Positions 1-12,081 are shown, numbered from the whole stretch's first letter. The stretch: 62,355 nucleotides of DNA, filler included, from Choristocarpus tenellus KU-1152 (GCA_964200185.2; 11 parts of 11 records of this genome joined end to end with filler, not necessarily neighbours in it), one strand, 5' to 3'. The notes: a model not told the origin generated them from the sequence alone. Translations and numbers: made by a program.

Positions 1-1472
1 TTGCTTAGTCATCCGGGAACATCTCTTGTGCTCTAAGGTTTTTGGTCTGTGCTGGATTTACTGATCTGTTATTAGATTAGAGCCAAGATCTTGAAACTCG
101 GTTCCACCCTCTGAGGTGAAGGAGTTTCAGTCCGGTGATTGTGATTGCCCCCTTTGAGCAGAGAACTTGGCACCTTTAACACTTCCACATAATACATAAT
201 TACGTAATATGTGTTACATACGCCGGATAGAGTACATACACTCATGTATGATGAATGCGATAAATTTAGATTGCATACCACGCGCCCTTGTATTCCCTGC
301 ATGAAAACTTCGCACTAATGGTTACATTGACGTAATCTTCAAACCGAGTATGCCCTGACCACGGTAGTCATCACGAAAAAAACACGATCTCCATATTTCA
401 GTGAAATGAAATATAGTTATGCCCAGTGGGGCTGCAATCACCCTGTATTCATTATGATTGAAGAATATACTTAAGTGGAGGACTCTGCCGAATAACATGG
501 CATTCTATTCCATCACCAGACAGCAACAACAGAACAATAATATTAAATATTGGTGACCGTTCAATGAATACTCACCCCCTCATCTATATGTTTTACTATT
601 AATTATGGTAGTGAAGAATGTACCTTCACACTTCTTGCTTCAAACATAGCTGTACTATAATGAGGGTGACATGAGTATATGAGGCCCCCTGTGAGTGCCT
701 TCTGTTACATGTGCTTCTAGGACTCTGACAGTCGAATTTGCCTTAACGTGAACAACTTTTGCCTGCTCTTCTACAGTCATGCAGCCTCCTTCCTAAGAGG
801 GGTTCACTGCATTTCGAGTATGGGAAGAGGTGTCAGGAAGGAGATTTTAAAAGTCCTAAATACCCCAAATGGCCTAAATATATCGCCCTCTAAGATAGCA
901 ATGCTTGAATACATCTGTGATAAAAGATCTCAATCATGCCAGTGTGCTCTTTGGTCCTTGGTTGAGTGCAATCCACACACTGAAAGCTATTCGTGCATTT
1001 GAAGCCTTGAACCCAACTGTAATTTTTCTGGCCTCAGAAAATCTTCTACAAACCTCTCCTGCACAAATGTCTAGCTCAAAATAAAGAATAACCCCTCCAG
1101 CACATAAATCATCTCCTACCTTCCCACTGCCCACACATCATGGTCCAAGATAATGATGAAAGCAGCAGCTCTATCACAATAGTACTGATTATACTTTCAA
1201 AACTATCACAAGAGATCCAAACCAATGCTGAGGAAAGATCACCTATCAGTACCTCTTTCAGTCAATACCATTGTCTCTCGTTTCCTCATCCGGCTCCCAA
1301 TCCCTCAACTACACAAGTCGTAAATATAGCACCACAGAACAGTCACAGTCACTGTGGTTGTGGTGAGAAGAACTACGAAAAAGCAAGACAAGGTACACTC
1401 CCATGCCACAACAACAGGAACCCCACATCCACAACATACAAGCAAGCCACCTCCCAAGTTGGACTGGCATAT

Positions 1473-3770
1473 CTATGCCCTCAAAGCTGACTTGGCTGAT
1501 CCAGTGCGGGTGGAAGAGGAATTGAACACTGAGGACCAGAGGCTGGGCCGGATCCAGTTATACCCACTGCTCTCCACATCATCTTGGATACGGCGGCTAA
1601 CAAGTCCCAGGATTTGCCGATGATCTGGGGGCAGCTGAAGATCGCTGGGCTTGAAGTTGAATCGCTCCGACACCTGAAGACCAAGAAGACCAAGAGCAAC
1701 AGGATGGTGCGTCCTTTAGTCACACACACGTATCGTATGACAATGTAGATTTTACTCCATGCAGAGGATTGACAGTTCATTGAATCTGGATATGTTTTCA
1801 GTTGATCTCAGGGAGTATGCAGCCCTGGATAAAGTTCTACTCCATAAACCAACACATGGTGGTTTGAAATTACTCATGTGTCTCTATGATGTTTAGAGTT
1901 AGTACTATCAAGATGCAGAAAAGGAACATCAAGTTGCCTGTGGTCACACCGTCATCCCCACCTACACAGGAAAAATAGGTAACATGCTACTCACATGTCA
2001 TCAACATGTCATCAACGTCTATTTTCCCCAGTCAATGAACTGCACAGTATGTTGAACTGTACTGCTTTACGTCACATACAATAGGAGCATCAGGGTCATC
2101 ACAACACAAACTCTAAAAGTGTTTTATGTGTTACCCTCACATAGAACCGATCAGGAAATTTTGCTCTGGTGGTTTAGTTGGTTATAATGTTTGCCTTACA
2201 CGCTAAAGGTCCCCGGGTTCGAGTCCTATCTAGAGTAAATCTTTTTGAGAATCTTCAAGTGTACAAACTAAGTGCATTATACTTCAGACACAATATACTA
2301 ATAGGAAAGTGCTCAGCTCACCTTGGACTGAGCCCGATCGACATCAAACAGTGTCTCCAAATATTTGAGTTGGTCGTAAAGTGCCTTGTCTGAGTACTCC
2401 TGGACCAGCCGACCCTGGCAACCGATTGCAGGGCAGGCCACACCCATCACGCCTGTACTACGTGTTCGAAGGCCACACGAGCTGGGCAGCCACAAAAACA
2501 CACAGCATATATATAGCACAAGAGGTGAAGGATGAACAAAACCAATTTTCAAAGTGACAAACCTTGAAGCATGATACAAGTTAGGATAGGTCAACAATTG
2601 CTATGAGGGATAAGGTGAGGTGGGGAGGGTGGTGCCTGAGCAGCCTGGGCAGCCTGTGGAGGCTGGTGGTAAAAGTACCGATGCAATGGTGGATTTGGAA
2701 GAGAGATGCATCCACTGGTACTACTGTAGATTCTAGCAGTATTATCCATACCGATCTTAACAGAACCAAAGAGACTTGCACATCCACATTGATCCAAGAG
2801 TATCTGGTATTATCAGTATCTGAATAAATAGTACAGTAGTGTGACCTCACTGGTACCCAGCTGGTCTATTGAGAGTGTCCTGAAAAATGGTTTTCAAAAG
2901 ACCACACTATACCCAATCTTTATGTGGTGCTAGTATGGTGGTACCATGTGATCCATGTCATACAATGTGGTGCCAATGCTGAGTCAAGGAGGGGTAGTCC
3001 ACACCACATCCATATTAGGGTACTAAAGTCTAGAGCAAGAATGACCTACTGCATATAGGGTTTACTCTTACAAAGGTCCACACTGTGGCAAACTGTGGAG
3101 TGTAGACAAGTCAACAAAAGCAAATTTGTACTGATTTGGAAATGGAACATGAGGGGAAACATGACAATTCTAATTGTAACCTGTAAGAATCCAAGTCAAA
3201 ACTTCCTACAAGACAACAGCACACATCAAATCGAGACAGGGCTCTAATGGCATGTGGCAACACAACTAGGCCAAAGCATGGTTTGCGCATCTTAGATACA
3301 CAGGACCCCATACAGAGAGGCCTGTAGTCTCTCTCGTGCATTGCATACAAAAGAACAAACACATATCAACATCGTTCTGCAGCTTGTCTTGGGTCAAAAG
3401 AGGCAAGGGTAGATGACTCTAACCCTAAATAGGCAGAGCCCATGGAGAGCACAAAGCATTTAATCACTAAATACACAAACTAGAGCCTACATGTTCAAAT
3501 ATATAAACTATACATAAGGTACGTGCAAGGACATAATGTTCCAGGGGCACCTCAAGGTACTGGGTACCAGGTACTGAGTACTTAGTACCGTACAAAGTAG
3601 AGTTAAGGGGCACACCTGTCATCACATTGCAGCTGTGTCTGATAGTACTCCTGCAAGTGATTCCGGACAGCAAGGGTGAGCTTCTGATAGAGTGTACTCA
3701 CGCAGGCTGCCTCGCTGCCAGCACCCCAGTAGGCTGCCCTGCAGTTGGCGTTGGGACACATCAATCCTGA
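1473..3770 (-). CDS. POLA1: DNA polymerase alpha catalytic subunit, last three exons (3770-3616, 2481-2322, 1673-1473), C-terminal zinc-finger domain; 5' part lies outside this contig
   Basis: GT-AG exons join in phase (0/2/0) to give SGLMCPNANC...LYQKLTLAVRNHLQEYYQTQLQCDDSSCGLRTR...CPAIGCQGRLVQEYSDKALYDQLKYLETLFD...SGYNWIRPSLW*. This matches the zf-DNA_Pol motif pattern (YY-x5-CDD-x2-C, EYSDK-x-LY-x-QL, SGY). Confidence 0.92.
2163..2237 (+). tRNA. tRNA-Val(TAC)-like gene, probably a pseudogene, antisense within the last POLA1 intron
   Basis: Acceptor stem GCTCTGG/CTAGAGT, A-box TGGTTTAGTTGG, anticodon loop CT-TAC-AC, B-box GGTTCGAGTCC and a T5 run just downstream. The T-stem (CCGGG/CCTAT) and anticodon stem are mismatched. 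Confidence 0.72.
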
Positions 3771-4076
3771 CTGCTCCACAAAATGTCAAACACAGGGTAA
3801 GGCAAGGATGTTCACACCAGCACATGGGAGAGGTGATCATTTCAGTCAGGTTATGGAGACAAACAACATGGAAGAGGTGGGGGGGGAAGGGGTCTTGTTG
3901 AACACACTTCTTCCTGGTATTGACCATGGAGGATCATGTCCAGTGCATGAACTTAAAAGGGGGGCATTGGATCTGGCAAAAGTGGTGTATGTATAGGGGG
4001 CAGGAGGGGAGAGAGGGTGGACAGCAAGGTGCCAACTGCCAACTACTACCATTTCATTGATTTACAAAGTTTGGAG

Positions 4077-4176
4077 NNNNNNNNNNNNNNNNNNNNNNNN
4101 NNNNNNNNNNNNNNNNNNNNTTAATTAATTAANNNNNNNNNNNNNNNNNNNNNNNNNNNNNNNNNNNNNNNNNNNN
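4077..4176. other. Artificial contig linker N44-TTAATTAATTAA-N44 (also at 7645, 12270, 15787, 23831, 33022, 39568, 44708, 48024 and 57861, each 100 nt)
   Basis: Ten identical 100-nt blocks with a six-frame stop cassette. A separate 10-N gap lies at 6693-6702. Confidence 0.98.
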
Positions 4177-4683
4177 AGGGCAGGGGGACAGGTACGACAC
4201 AGCACACTCCAATGGTGAAACACCTGCACCAACTATGCAAGGGAATGGGCATTCCTTGCACTATGGAGGATGGTAGCCCTTTCACAGTCGACAGGGATCT
4301 CCGCATGGATCTGGTGTTCCACGCAGGGGCACTGGCGGACGCCGGAAAAGCCCCCTACAGGGACAAAGGCCTTCTGCTAGATGTCACCTTCGCAGAGGTA
4401 AAGGCAACCTCCCACCTTACCCACTCATCCTCCAGCAATGGTGTAGCTGCTGCTACAGCCGAGGTGCGAAAGCGCACCCACTGCGAGGGCTCCTTTGATT
4501 CTCGTAGTTAGAACCTCAACACCTTCGTAGTGGAAGGTTTTGGGCGCCTCGGCAAGCAAGCGGGATGCTTCCTGAATGAGCTGGCTACTCACATGGTAGG
4601 GGGGAGAGGGACTGGAGGATATAGCAGAAAAGGAGCAGATAAATCCCGGCTATGCCAAATTGTCTCGGTAACTACGCAAGTGG
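4177..4683 (+). mobile_element. CRE-like non-LTR retrotransposon, C-terminal restriction-like endonuclease (RLE) region, degenerate
   Basis: Translation RH...MVKHL...E...RMDLVF...LLLDVT...AAATAEVRKRTH...F*...VVEGFGRLGKQAGCFLNELA follows the RHN / R-x-D / D(V)T / AE-x2-K / E-x2-G-x2-G pattern of RLE LINEs. In-frame stop at 4509. Confidence 0.75.
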
Positions 4684-5020
4684 AAAACATTTATCTATTT
4701 GCTATTTTACTACTATGTTATACCACTGCCTTCCTGCGCCTCCAATCTACCTATTCCTGTTCCTCAAGGTGAGGAGCTAGCGAGGCATCCTCTAAGAAAC
4801 CAATAAACCCCTCCGTATCTATCTCACTGGTGACTCCAGGTCAAAAAGCATGACACATCTAGACAGTGCCAGCTGTGTAGTTACTGAGACAATTTGGTGT
4901 AGCCAGGATTTAACCGCTCCTTTACTGCTATATCCTCCAGTTCCTCTACCTCCCACCGTGTGTGTAGCCAGCTCATCCAGGAAGCATTCCGCTTGCTTGC
5001 CGAGCCGCCCAAAACTTCCC
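4684..5020 (-). mobile_element. 5'-truncated second copy of the same CRE-like element, tail-to-tail with the first
   Basis: 4875-5020 is a diverged reverse complement of 4533-4680. On the minus strand it continues VTTQLALSR... into an A-rich tail ending near 4684. Confidence 0.72.
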
Positions 5021-5129
5021 GCATACTAGTGATATTGGGCACCCAGTGGATAATTATTATTCAGTGAATGTTTCACCATGAACGCAACTTTTAGCTTTCG
5101 TCGACAAGCCTTTACAGCGCCAAGCTTCT

Positions 5130-6088
5130 CAACACGCTAAAGCGCCTAATACAAACTCTAGCTAGTGGAAGCGCAGCTGGACTGGTTCAGTTTGAGGGTA
5201 TTGCATCACTCATGGCTTCTGATGGGTTTCACACGAGGTCAGGGAGGAACCCATCATTGTGGGTGATATTGATTTCATCAAGGGTGAAGGTGTGGATGAA
5301 GAAGAGGTCACCAAGACCAAAAAGGCATATGATGTCCTTCTGACGAGTACCAGCGGGTTATTCAGGTGCATTGTTTGCAATGCAGCGCCACCTTCAGGAG
5401 CTTGACAACAGCTACGTGAACATTTCCTAATCCATTCGGATTGGGGAGATAGCTAGGTTTAAAAGAAGGTAGTGACAGTCAAGATGCCACGGGGGTGATA
5501 CCCCCAAATCACTTTTACGATGATGTTGGACTGGGTTGGCCAGATGACGATGATGGGGTTTGTAATGTCCGAGCAGGTGCTGCTCGCTATGTTAGATTGT
5601 TTAGAGGATGACTACCAGACCACTTAACACCATCTCCAGCACCATCATAAGAGTGAGCGATCGAGGGCAAAAATACAACAGCTTGCTCGATTGCACTACT
5701 TCTCCATTCAACAGTAGGCAGTGGACCGTTGAGAGCCTGGGAGCGCTCTGGCCGTGAGGACCAATAAAAAGGCTGGCTGAGGTGGCAGCCGGAATACAAC
5801 TGGTCATCGTATGGACCCTGGGACGACAGGATCCCGTTCCAGGGGGCTAACCAAAGCCCAAGAGACATGTGGCAAGTGTGGATTGGTTAGGCATTTCGGT
5901 TCCTGTACGTTTAGAGGACCGTGTTACAGCTGCGGGAAGAATGACCACCTGTGAGCTGTGTGCCCCGAGAGGAGGGCAAACCCGTCAAAGTCAACGGGAA
6001 TACTAGCTGAACCAGATGAACCAGCTAGGGTGTGAAGGAAGTTCAAGACCATGTTAGCCGATGTGGCTGACAATGGCAAGGTGAGATC
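5130..6088 (+). mobile_element. Degenerate copia-like gag with two CCHC-type zinc knuckles
   Basis: EEPIIVGD...KAYDVLL...PSGA*QQLREHF, then CGKCGLVRHFGSC and CYSCGKNDHL*AVC at 5868-5965. Several stops and frameshifts. Confidence 0.65.
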
Positions 6089-6624
6089 TGTGCAAAATAG
6101 GATAATAGTGAGGTATACCTTGTTATATTTATGAGAGATGTAACTAATGAGATAGTATGGGTTATTACTCTGCATTCAACTACTTTCTCAAAGTATCTTA
6201 GAGGGTACAGCCGCGTCCGTTTGGGGGCCATAATCCAATGTTGCGATTTTGATGAAACGTTTGCTATCGTGTTTATCAGGAAGTGTTGATATCCTTGTTC
6301 CGGACACACCTTTTCATAACGTAAGTATTTTACCTACTCCGAAACATTTCGGAGTAGGAAAATGTCATAAAACAACAGTAGGAAGTCAAGCCCCAAATGG
6401 ACAAACATGGCAAAAATCATACCCTCTGAGGTACTTTCACTCACTTTGTGACATAACCGTTGACTTACGTATGAGACAAATAATAATAAAGCAATAGAAG
6501 ACACACCACAACAAAGAAGGTCACTCTTCTAATTCCATCCGTTCTTTCCGCGTTCAGCAAAGGGGATTGTGTGAGGCTTCACACCTTATTGTCTTCATTA
6601 CTGATAAATAGCATTACTTCCCAA
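6089..6624 (+). mobile_element. LTR-like repeat starting TGTGCAAAATAGGATAATAGTGAGG, interrupted by a MITE
   Basis: Homologous to 7012-7335 and, inverted, to 44808-44876. All three copies begin at the same TG. Confidence 0.65.
6185..6442. mobile_element. MITE family A (about 258 bp), TSD ACT
   Basis: TIR TCAAAGTATCTTAGAGGGTA / TACCCTCTGAGGTACTTTCA, flanked by ACT on both sides. Other copies at 34113, 39709 and 51340. Confidence 0.85.
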
Positions 6625-7011
6625 GAACAGCCGATTTCAAAAATTGAGGATGGAGCTTTTCATTGAGGATGGGCTTGACCCAAAATTGACTGNNNNNNNN
6701 NNAGGGAGCTTGTCATTGAGAATGTGTTTGTTCCAAAATTGACTGGGATAAAGTGTCGATATGTTTTTTTTTTTCATTGTTCAAGGTAAATTGCCCAGGT
6801 TATGAGCCTTGTAGTATGGAGACTGACCTGAAGAAACTTGCTGTCTGGACGGGGGCCACAGGGAGGTTCTTCTGGAGACCTGGTCGACTTGGAGACTGTC
6901 ATTGATCACCTACGCTGGTGGAAAGGGTTTGTACGAGACTACGACGAGGGACTACGAGATTCCTGAAACACCCACCACCATCTTGGGAGAGGCAGTGCGT
7001 ATGGCACATGC

Positions 7012-7612
7012 TGTGCAAAATAGGATAATAGTGAGGTGTACCTTATTTTGTGTATGAGAGATTATCATTCTGATTGAGTCCATGTGATGTAACTAACGAG
7101 AAAGTACATCAGGATTATGAATGGGAATATGTATGGGTTTTATTTTGTATTGAATTACTCGACATAATCGTTGACTTATGTAGGAAGCACAATAATAATA
7201 AACAAGCAATGAGAAGACACCCCACAAAGGTCACGCTTCTAATTTTTAACCATGTATTCACGTTCAGCAATGGGGAACCGTGTGAGGCTCCACACCTTCT
7301 TGTCTTCACTACTGATAAATAGCATTACCTCCCAAGGCAAATTGCACACATGCCACACACTTGAAGAATAACAAGGCGTTATGGTTCCTCCTTCTACAAA
7401 CGACGAAGGGGTCCGCATCCACAATTGAGGCGAAATACGAAAATGGGGGCCAACCAGACGGCAGAGGGGCATGCTTAGAATTAGAAAGAGTCTACGGTGG
7501 ACGTGCAGAGGACGAGATCCCCGTACAAGTCATCACGTTGGAGGCGAAACTCCGAGAACTAAGGTGCGCGGCGTCTCAGGACAGCATCGATTTTGTCGTT
7601 GAACTATTTTGA
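7012..7612 (+). mobile_element. LTR-like repeat (7012-7335) followed by a copia-like gag fragment (7361-7612)
   Basis: LTR homology as above. Peptide NKALWFLLLQTTKGSA...DGRGACLELERVYG resembles the copia gag DGR-x-AW-x2-L-x3-Y motif. Confidence 0.62.
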
Positions 7613-8889
7613 CTATTTTCGGTGCTGTCCTGAGACGCCACGCANNNNNNNNNNNNNNNNNNNNNNNNNNNNNNNNNNNNNNNNNNNNTTAATTAATTAA
7701 NNNNNNNNNNNNNNNNNNNNNNNNNNNNNNNNNNNNNNNNNNNNCAATGAAAACTATATACATATGTGTATATAAAATGTCCTAAACATAAGAATACTAT
7801 AAGATAATGGGTGGCAACAAATATTTTATTATTAGGCCCTCTGTGGCAACAAATATTGTTTTCTGTTTTTAAACCACATAGCGTCATATCGTCTTATGAT
7901 ATTTTACGTTAAAGAAAGGGGTATAGTAATAAAACAGGGGACTTTTCAGATTAGTTTGGTGATTTGTAAGTTACACTTTTGTTGTATTAGTAGTCTGTAG
8001 TAGTAGTATTAACAAACAATATTTTGGTAGCTATCAATGAAGATTCGTCTGTTAAAAAAGTGTACAACCCGAAAGGTTCGTAGAAGCACTGGAGCGTAGA
8101 ATCGGAACATATCTATTCTACTCCAGTTAAAGAAAATGTAGTTTTTCCTCATGTAGATACAATGTTAGTAGTAATATATTCGAGATCTTTACACCCTCCA
8201 ATCCACCATTAGAAGGGATATAAATACCGAGACTTCTCACAACTTCATTTAAAACTTGAAATCAGAACAAAAGGAATATATACTACTTCGCATATATATA
8301 TACCTTTTGGGTGTGTAGATAAACAATTTGTAGTATATAGTAGTGTTCAACAACAAAGAGTGACATAAAACTTTTCATGGGACTAATAGTCCCACAAGAC
8401 ATGAAGTTTTCGGAGCGAGATCGTTTGTGTGTGAGAGATTTTTGTGACATAAGACCGAAAAGATGGATCAAGACCTACAAAAACTCATCACCACGAACAT
8501 GGACTGCTTCACAGCACCCTCTTCCAAATACCTCCACAAAAAGTTTGAGTTTTGTGGTTAGAGAAAAAAATTAATGGCGAAACAGAACAAGAGAGTGGAG
8601 GAGGGGAGTGATTGTACTGGAGGGGAATGGTACAGTCCTGATAATATTGATATAGTGGGTTGCACAATTCCGAATTTACGAAAAGGAAATTGGAAAAAGT
8701 AAGACTTCTTCCTCCCATACATCTCCCCCTTGTTCCTTTGTTGTATGATAGAAAACAGATCAAGTGGTTGTAGCAAGGAAGCGCGAAAAGATCGAGAACA
8801 ACTAGGCACACACGAAAAAGTTGTTGCAAAGAAGATAGTGTACATTTGAGAAGCTGAAATATGTACCCGATACATATGACGATTAATTG

Positions 8890-9510
8890 TTGAAGTGGTC
8901 ATGCTCAGAGAGATGCTGCTGCCACGTAGTGCACACAGGTAAACACTCCACTAAAGCGGTTGAACACCCTGTCAGGTTGCTCAGCGACCTGCCAATCCTC
9001 TTCAGGTACATCACAGCTCCATATGCGTTCCTGTGCAGGTCCGCCTTTTTTTTCCTCAAAAATGTGACCATGCTTGCACCTTACATGTCAACACGAATGG
9101 TAGGTCGATCTCGCTCAGGAAGTCTTTGTGTACGTTTGTGTGATGACCCCAAAGAATGGGTTACAGTGCTGCAGGGCTGCTTCTCCCAGTGCAAATGGTT
9201 CCCACAAAGAAAATCGACGTAAAATAATACATTGAGTGCTCTTGGCTGCACAGGTAACACATAATATACTGCCACCAGTGATAGTACATGGTACTATCGC
9301 CGTCCCTGGACCAGCCCATGTTGCCTCCTCTTTCCCTCCCCCTGCTAGGCTCTCGTCCTCAGTGACTATTCCGACTGAAGGGTTGAGTGTAACATGCCGT
9401 TGAAATGTGCAGAATCGCCAGTGTGGCAATGGGCGTGGCATATGTATGATTAGATCCTTACGGATGGGAATTGGACAGTTGTTCCATCTCGTGTCAACCC
9501 ACCACACCAG
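8890..9510 (-). mobile_element. Possible decayed hAT-like transposase fragment
   Basis: VDTRWN near 9480-9500 and EEDWQVAEQPDRVFNRF near 8950-9005 occur in hAT order but in broken frames. Motif-level evidence only. Confidence 0.35.
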
Positions 9511-10008
9511 ACGGTGTAGATGGCGAGATAAGAAGGTAAGACCTCAGGCACCTCGACTCACAACTGCTTGGTACAAAGATTAAGCTTCCTGGAGCTATCC
9601 TTATGTGGTTCCATGGTGCACTTCCGGTTGACCTTGCTCTGGACTAGTTGTTCTGAAGTGACGGGGCTCGCTTTACTCTACTACTACCAGTTTTTGCTAT
9701 GTTGTTGAAGTCCATTTCACTCACATGCAATGTGCTCCTCCTCCCCTCCTGACCCAACCTCCTTACTCTCCATCTCTAGCACTTCAACTTACATTTGCTT
9801 CTCTCAGATACAAAAGAGAAATTCCAGTCCATGGACATCTCAGCTTAGTTGGATCTTTCACAAGTAGTGCAAAGTTTCTCTCAATTCTCACATTTCCTGC
9901 ACTTCACAGTCAAATTTGACCACCTCAGCTGATGTGAGCATGGGGATAGTGGGACGATTGCCTACCTTAGCATTACTGTGCACACCTACTCTTTGGACTG
10001 CTACTACT

Positions 10009-10267
10009 GAGCCAAAGTAAACGGGAGGTACCTAGGTTTTGGCTGATATGCATTTTAAGTCTGTTTTTTTATATTTTGCCATTCACACATATTTCTGTGG
10101 ATGCAGTTTTAAGTTTCACTTGAGAGCATTGGTTTCTCAACTGCTTGGAGCTTTTCCGATATAACTCGGAAAACACCCTATACACATTTGCTAAAAAGCC
10201 GAATTTTGGGCATATTTCTCAGCATCCTTAAAACACAACTCTAGGTACCTCTCGTTTACTTTGACTC
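10009..10267. mobile_element. MITE family D (about 250 bp), TSD ACT
   Basis: TIR GAGCCAAAGTAAACGGGAGGTA / TACCTCTCGTTTACTTTGACTC with ACT on both sides. An inverted homolog lies at 14502-14740. Confidence 0.85.
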
Positions 10268-11314
10268 ACTCCGCATTTGTGAAAGTGATGAAATCCTGAT
10301 CAGGGTAGAAGTTGGGAGATGGAGGAGATAGGAGTATCACACGAGCCCCTTTGCAAGAAGGTGAAGGCCACATGATTGTAGAACGGAAGAGGAGGAGAGT
10401 GTTTGTTTCGTATGTATCGCTGCTAAAACGCCATAGATCTAGATATCACCAGTCGAGTAGATCAGGAAACGTCGAAAAGTCAGTAATTGTGTTTCTGGAT
10501 ATTTTCAGTTTAGCTATGCTCACCGACCAACTATTATAGGGACCTGGCACTGGATTATGAGCCATAGTGTAGTTGAGAAATAGGCAGGTTTGAACCCTTT
10601 TGCATTCTAAGCCATCTTCTTACCCTGTACAAAATGCATCTTATTTCATTGTTTACATGAACAATAGTGTACGAGAAAATGGATATTCCCCCTTTCCACA
10701 CACATAACAGCGACACCATAACTCAGCAAAGGCTCTTTCTGCAATTGTACAAAGTACACCTCATTGCCCTTTCTTGGGATGCTCAAAATGCAACCTTGCC
10801 TATCTCTCGATTACTTTGGCTCCTATGCATCATTCAAGCATCACACGATACTCGTGATTCAGTTATATTATTTTCCAGTTATCCGTTTAGACATTGCAAA
10901 TCCCGTATGGTAGCCTACACCTGTCTCAACCTAACTGATTCAATAAATGGAAGTGAGACCATGAGCCCCTTGTAACATTAATGTTATATATATACGCCAG
11001 GCCACATATTGACCTCTGCCAAGCCACATCATAGGTCATCTTAGCTAAAGAAAGGTCCAGAGCGGGATTCTTCAACAAAATGAGGTGACTGTCACAAACG
11101 ATGGGTCTTAAAGGCAGTTTCATAAACGCAATTATGAGCATGAGCTTGAAGTCCTAGATATTACATGTTATACTTCTTGACTTTATATTCACTCTATTTA
11201 GTCGCTGTGAGACCATTTCAATGCCCATGTCTCATTTCTTTCTATATCTCAATCAAATCATAACGCGAATAATCAAATTGAGAGATCCAGCATATTTTTT
11301 CATATCTTTATTAT

Positions 11315-11410
11315 GGCACCATCTGCGAGTATCATCATCGGGCTAGAGGCTTGTGAGTTGGAGTTACATATCCCATCTTGGTAAGCTGTGGCAGCGTTTT
11401 GTAACACTGA
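11315..11410 (+). repeat. Dispersed repeat shared with 43200-43293
   Basis: Both copies read GGCACCATCT...CATCAT...CTTGTG..TTGGAG.TACAT...AAGCTGT...TTTGTAAC. Confidence 0.55.
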
Positions 11411-11618
11411 GGTCCTACCTTGTTTCTCTATTACCGCAGAGAATACTGAGCCCACCACATGGGACTATTTCTTGCTCCTTAGGATGTACGTGACCCATCT
11501 CATCTTCTACCTCTCTCAGATTGGTGAAAAGGGTCTGTATCGTCACACTGTGGCTTAGACACCACATCCCCAGCGAGGAACGGACGTTACGACCATGAAT
11601 GAATGCTCTCATGCATGA

Positions 11619-11970
11619 TCGCATCAATGGCCTGCACTCGAGATCATGGCTTCAGGGTCTCTCTTTTGGACCTTGAGGCTATATGTCAAAAGTGCAGATC
11701 GCCTTTACTGTCTGCACGGGTTCGCATCAAAGGCCTACACTCGAGATCATGGTTTCATGGTCTCTCCCTACATCCTTGAGGCTATGTAAACAAGTACAAG
11801 TCGCCTTTCTGTGTGCACTGGGTTTCACCAATGGCCTGCACTCCATTTCATGGCCTCAAAATCTCTCAATACAATCTTGAGGCTATGCAAAAGTGCAGGC
11901 TGCCTTAATGTGTATATCAGATCACATCAATGGTCTGTGCTCCAGACCATGACTTCAGGGGTCTCCCTCT
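11619..11970. repeat. Tandem repeat, about 101-bp unit, about 3.5 diverged copies
   Basis: TCGCATCAATGGCCTGCACTCGAGATCATGG...CTTGAGGCTATG recurs near 11619, 11722, 11824 and 11922. Confidence 0.85.
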
Positions 11971-12081
11971 AATGAGGGGAGGACCTCGACGTTATGCATA
12001 GGGGCTCTGGCAGTACTACTGTTACGTGTTCCATGTCTCCCAAATTTGTGTAGAGTAGGCTGCTCTTTATTCGCATACTTA

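Noticed and set aside
3846-3930. Minus-strand KCVQQDPFPPHLF resembling the LINE RT motif GVQQGDPL
   Set aside because: No supporting RT motifs. The adjacent sequence resolves as a POLA1 exon (3770-3616) and this stretch is its upstream intron.
4121-4132. Regularly recurring TTAATTAATTAA as a biological repeat or CRISPR-like array
   Set aside because: It is always embedded in 44+44 Ns, so it is an artificial six-frame stop linker.
11619-11970. 102-bp unit as a TPR (34 aa) coding repeat or CRISPR array
   Set aside because: Unit lengths vary, stops occur, there is no TPR consensus, and whole units are homologous with no unique spacers.
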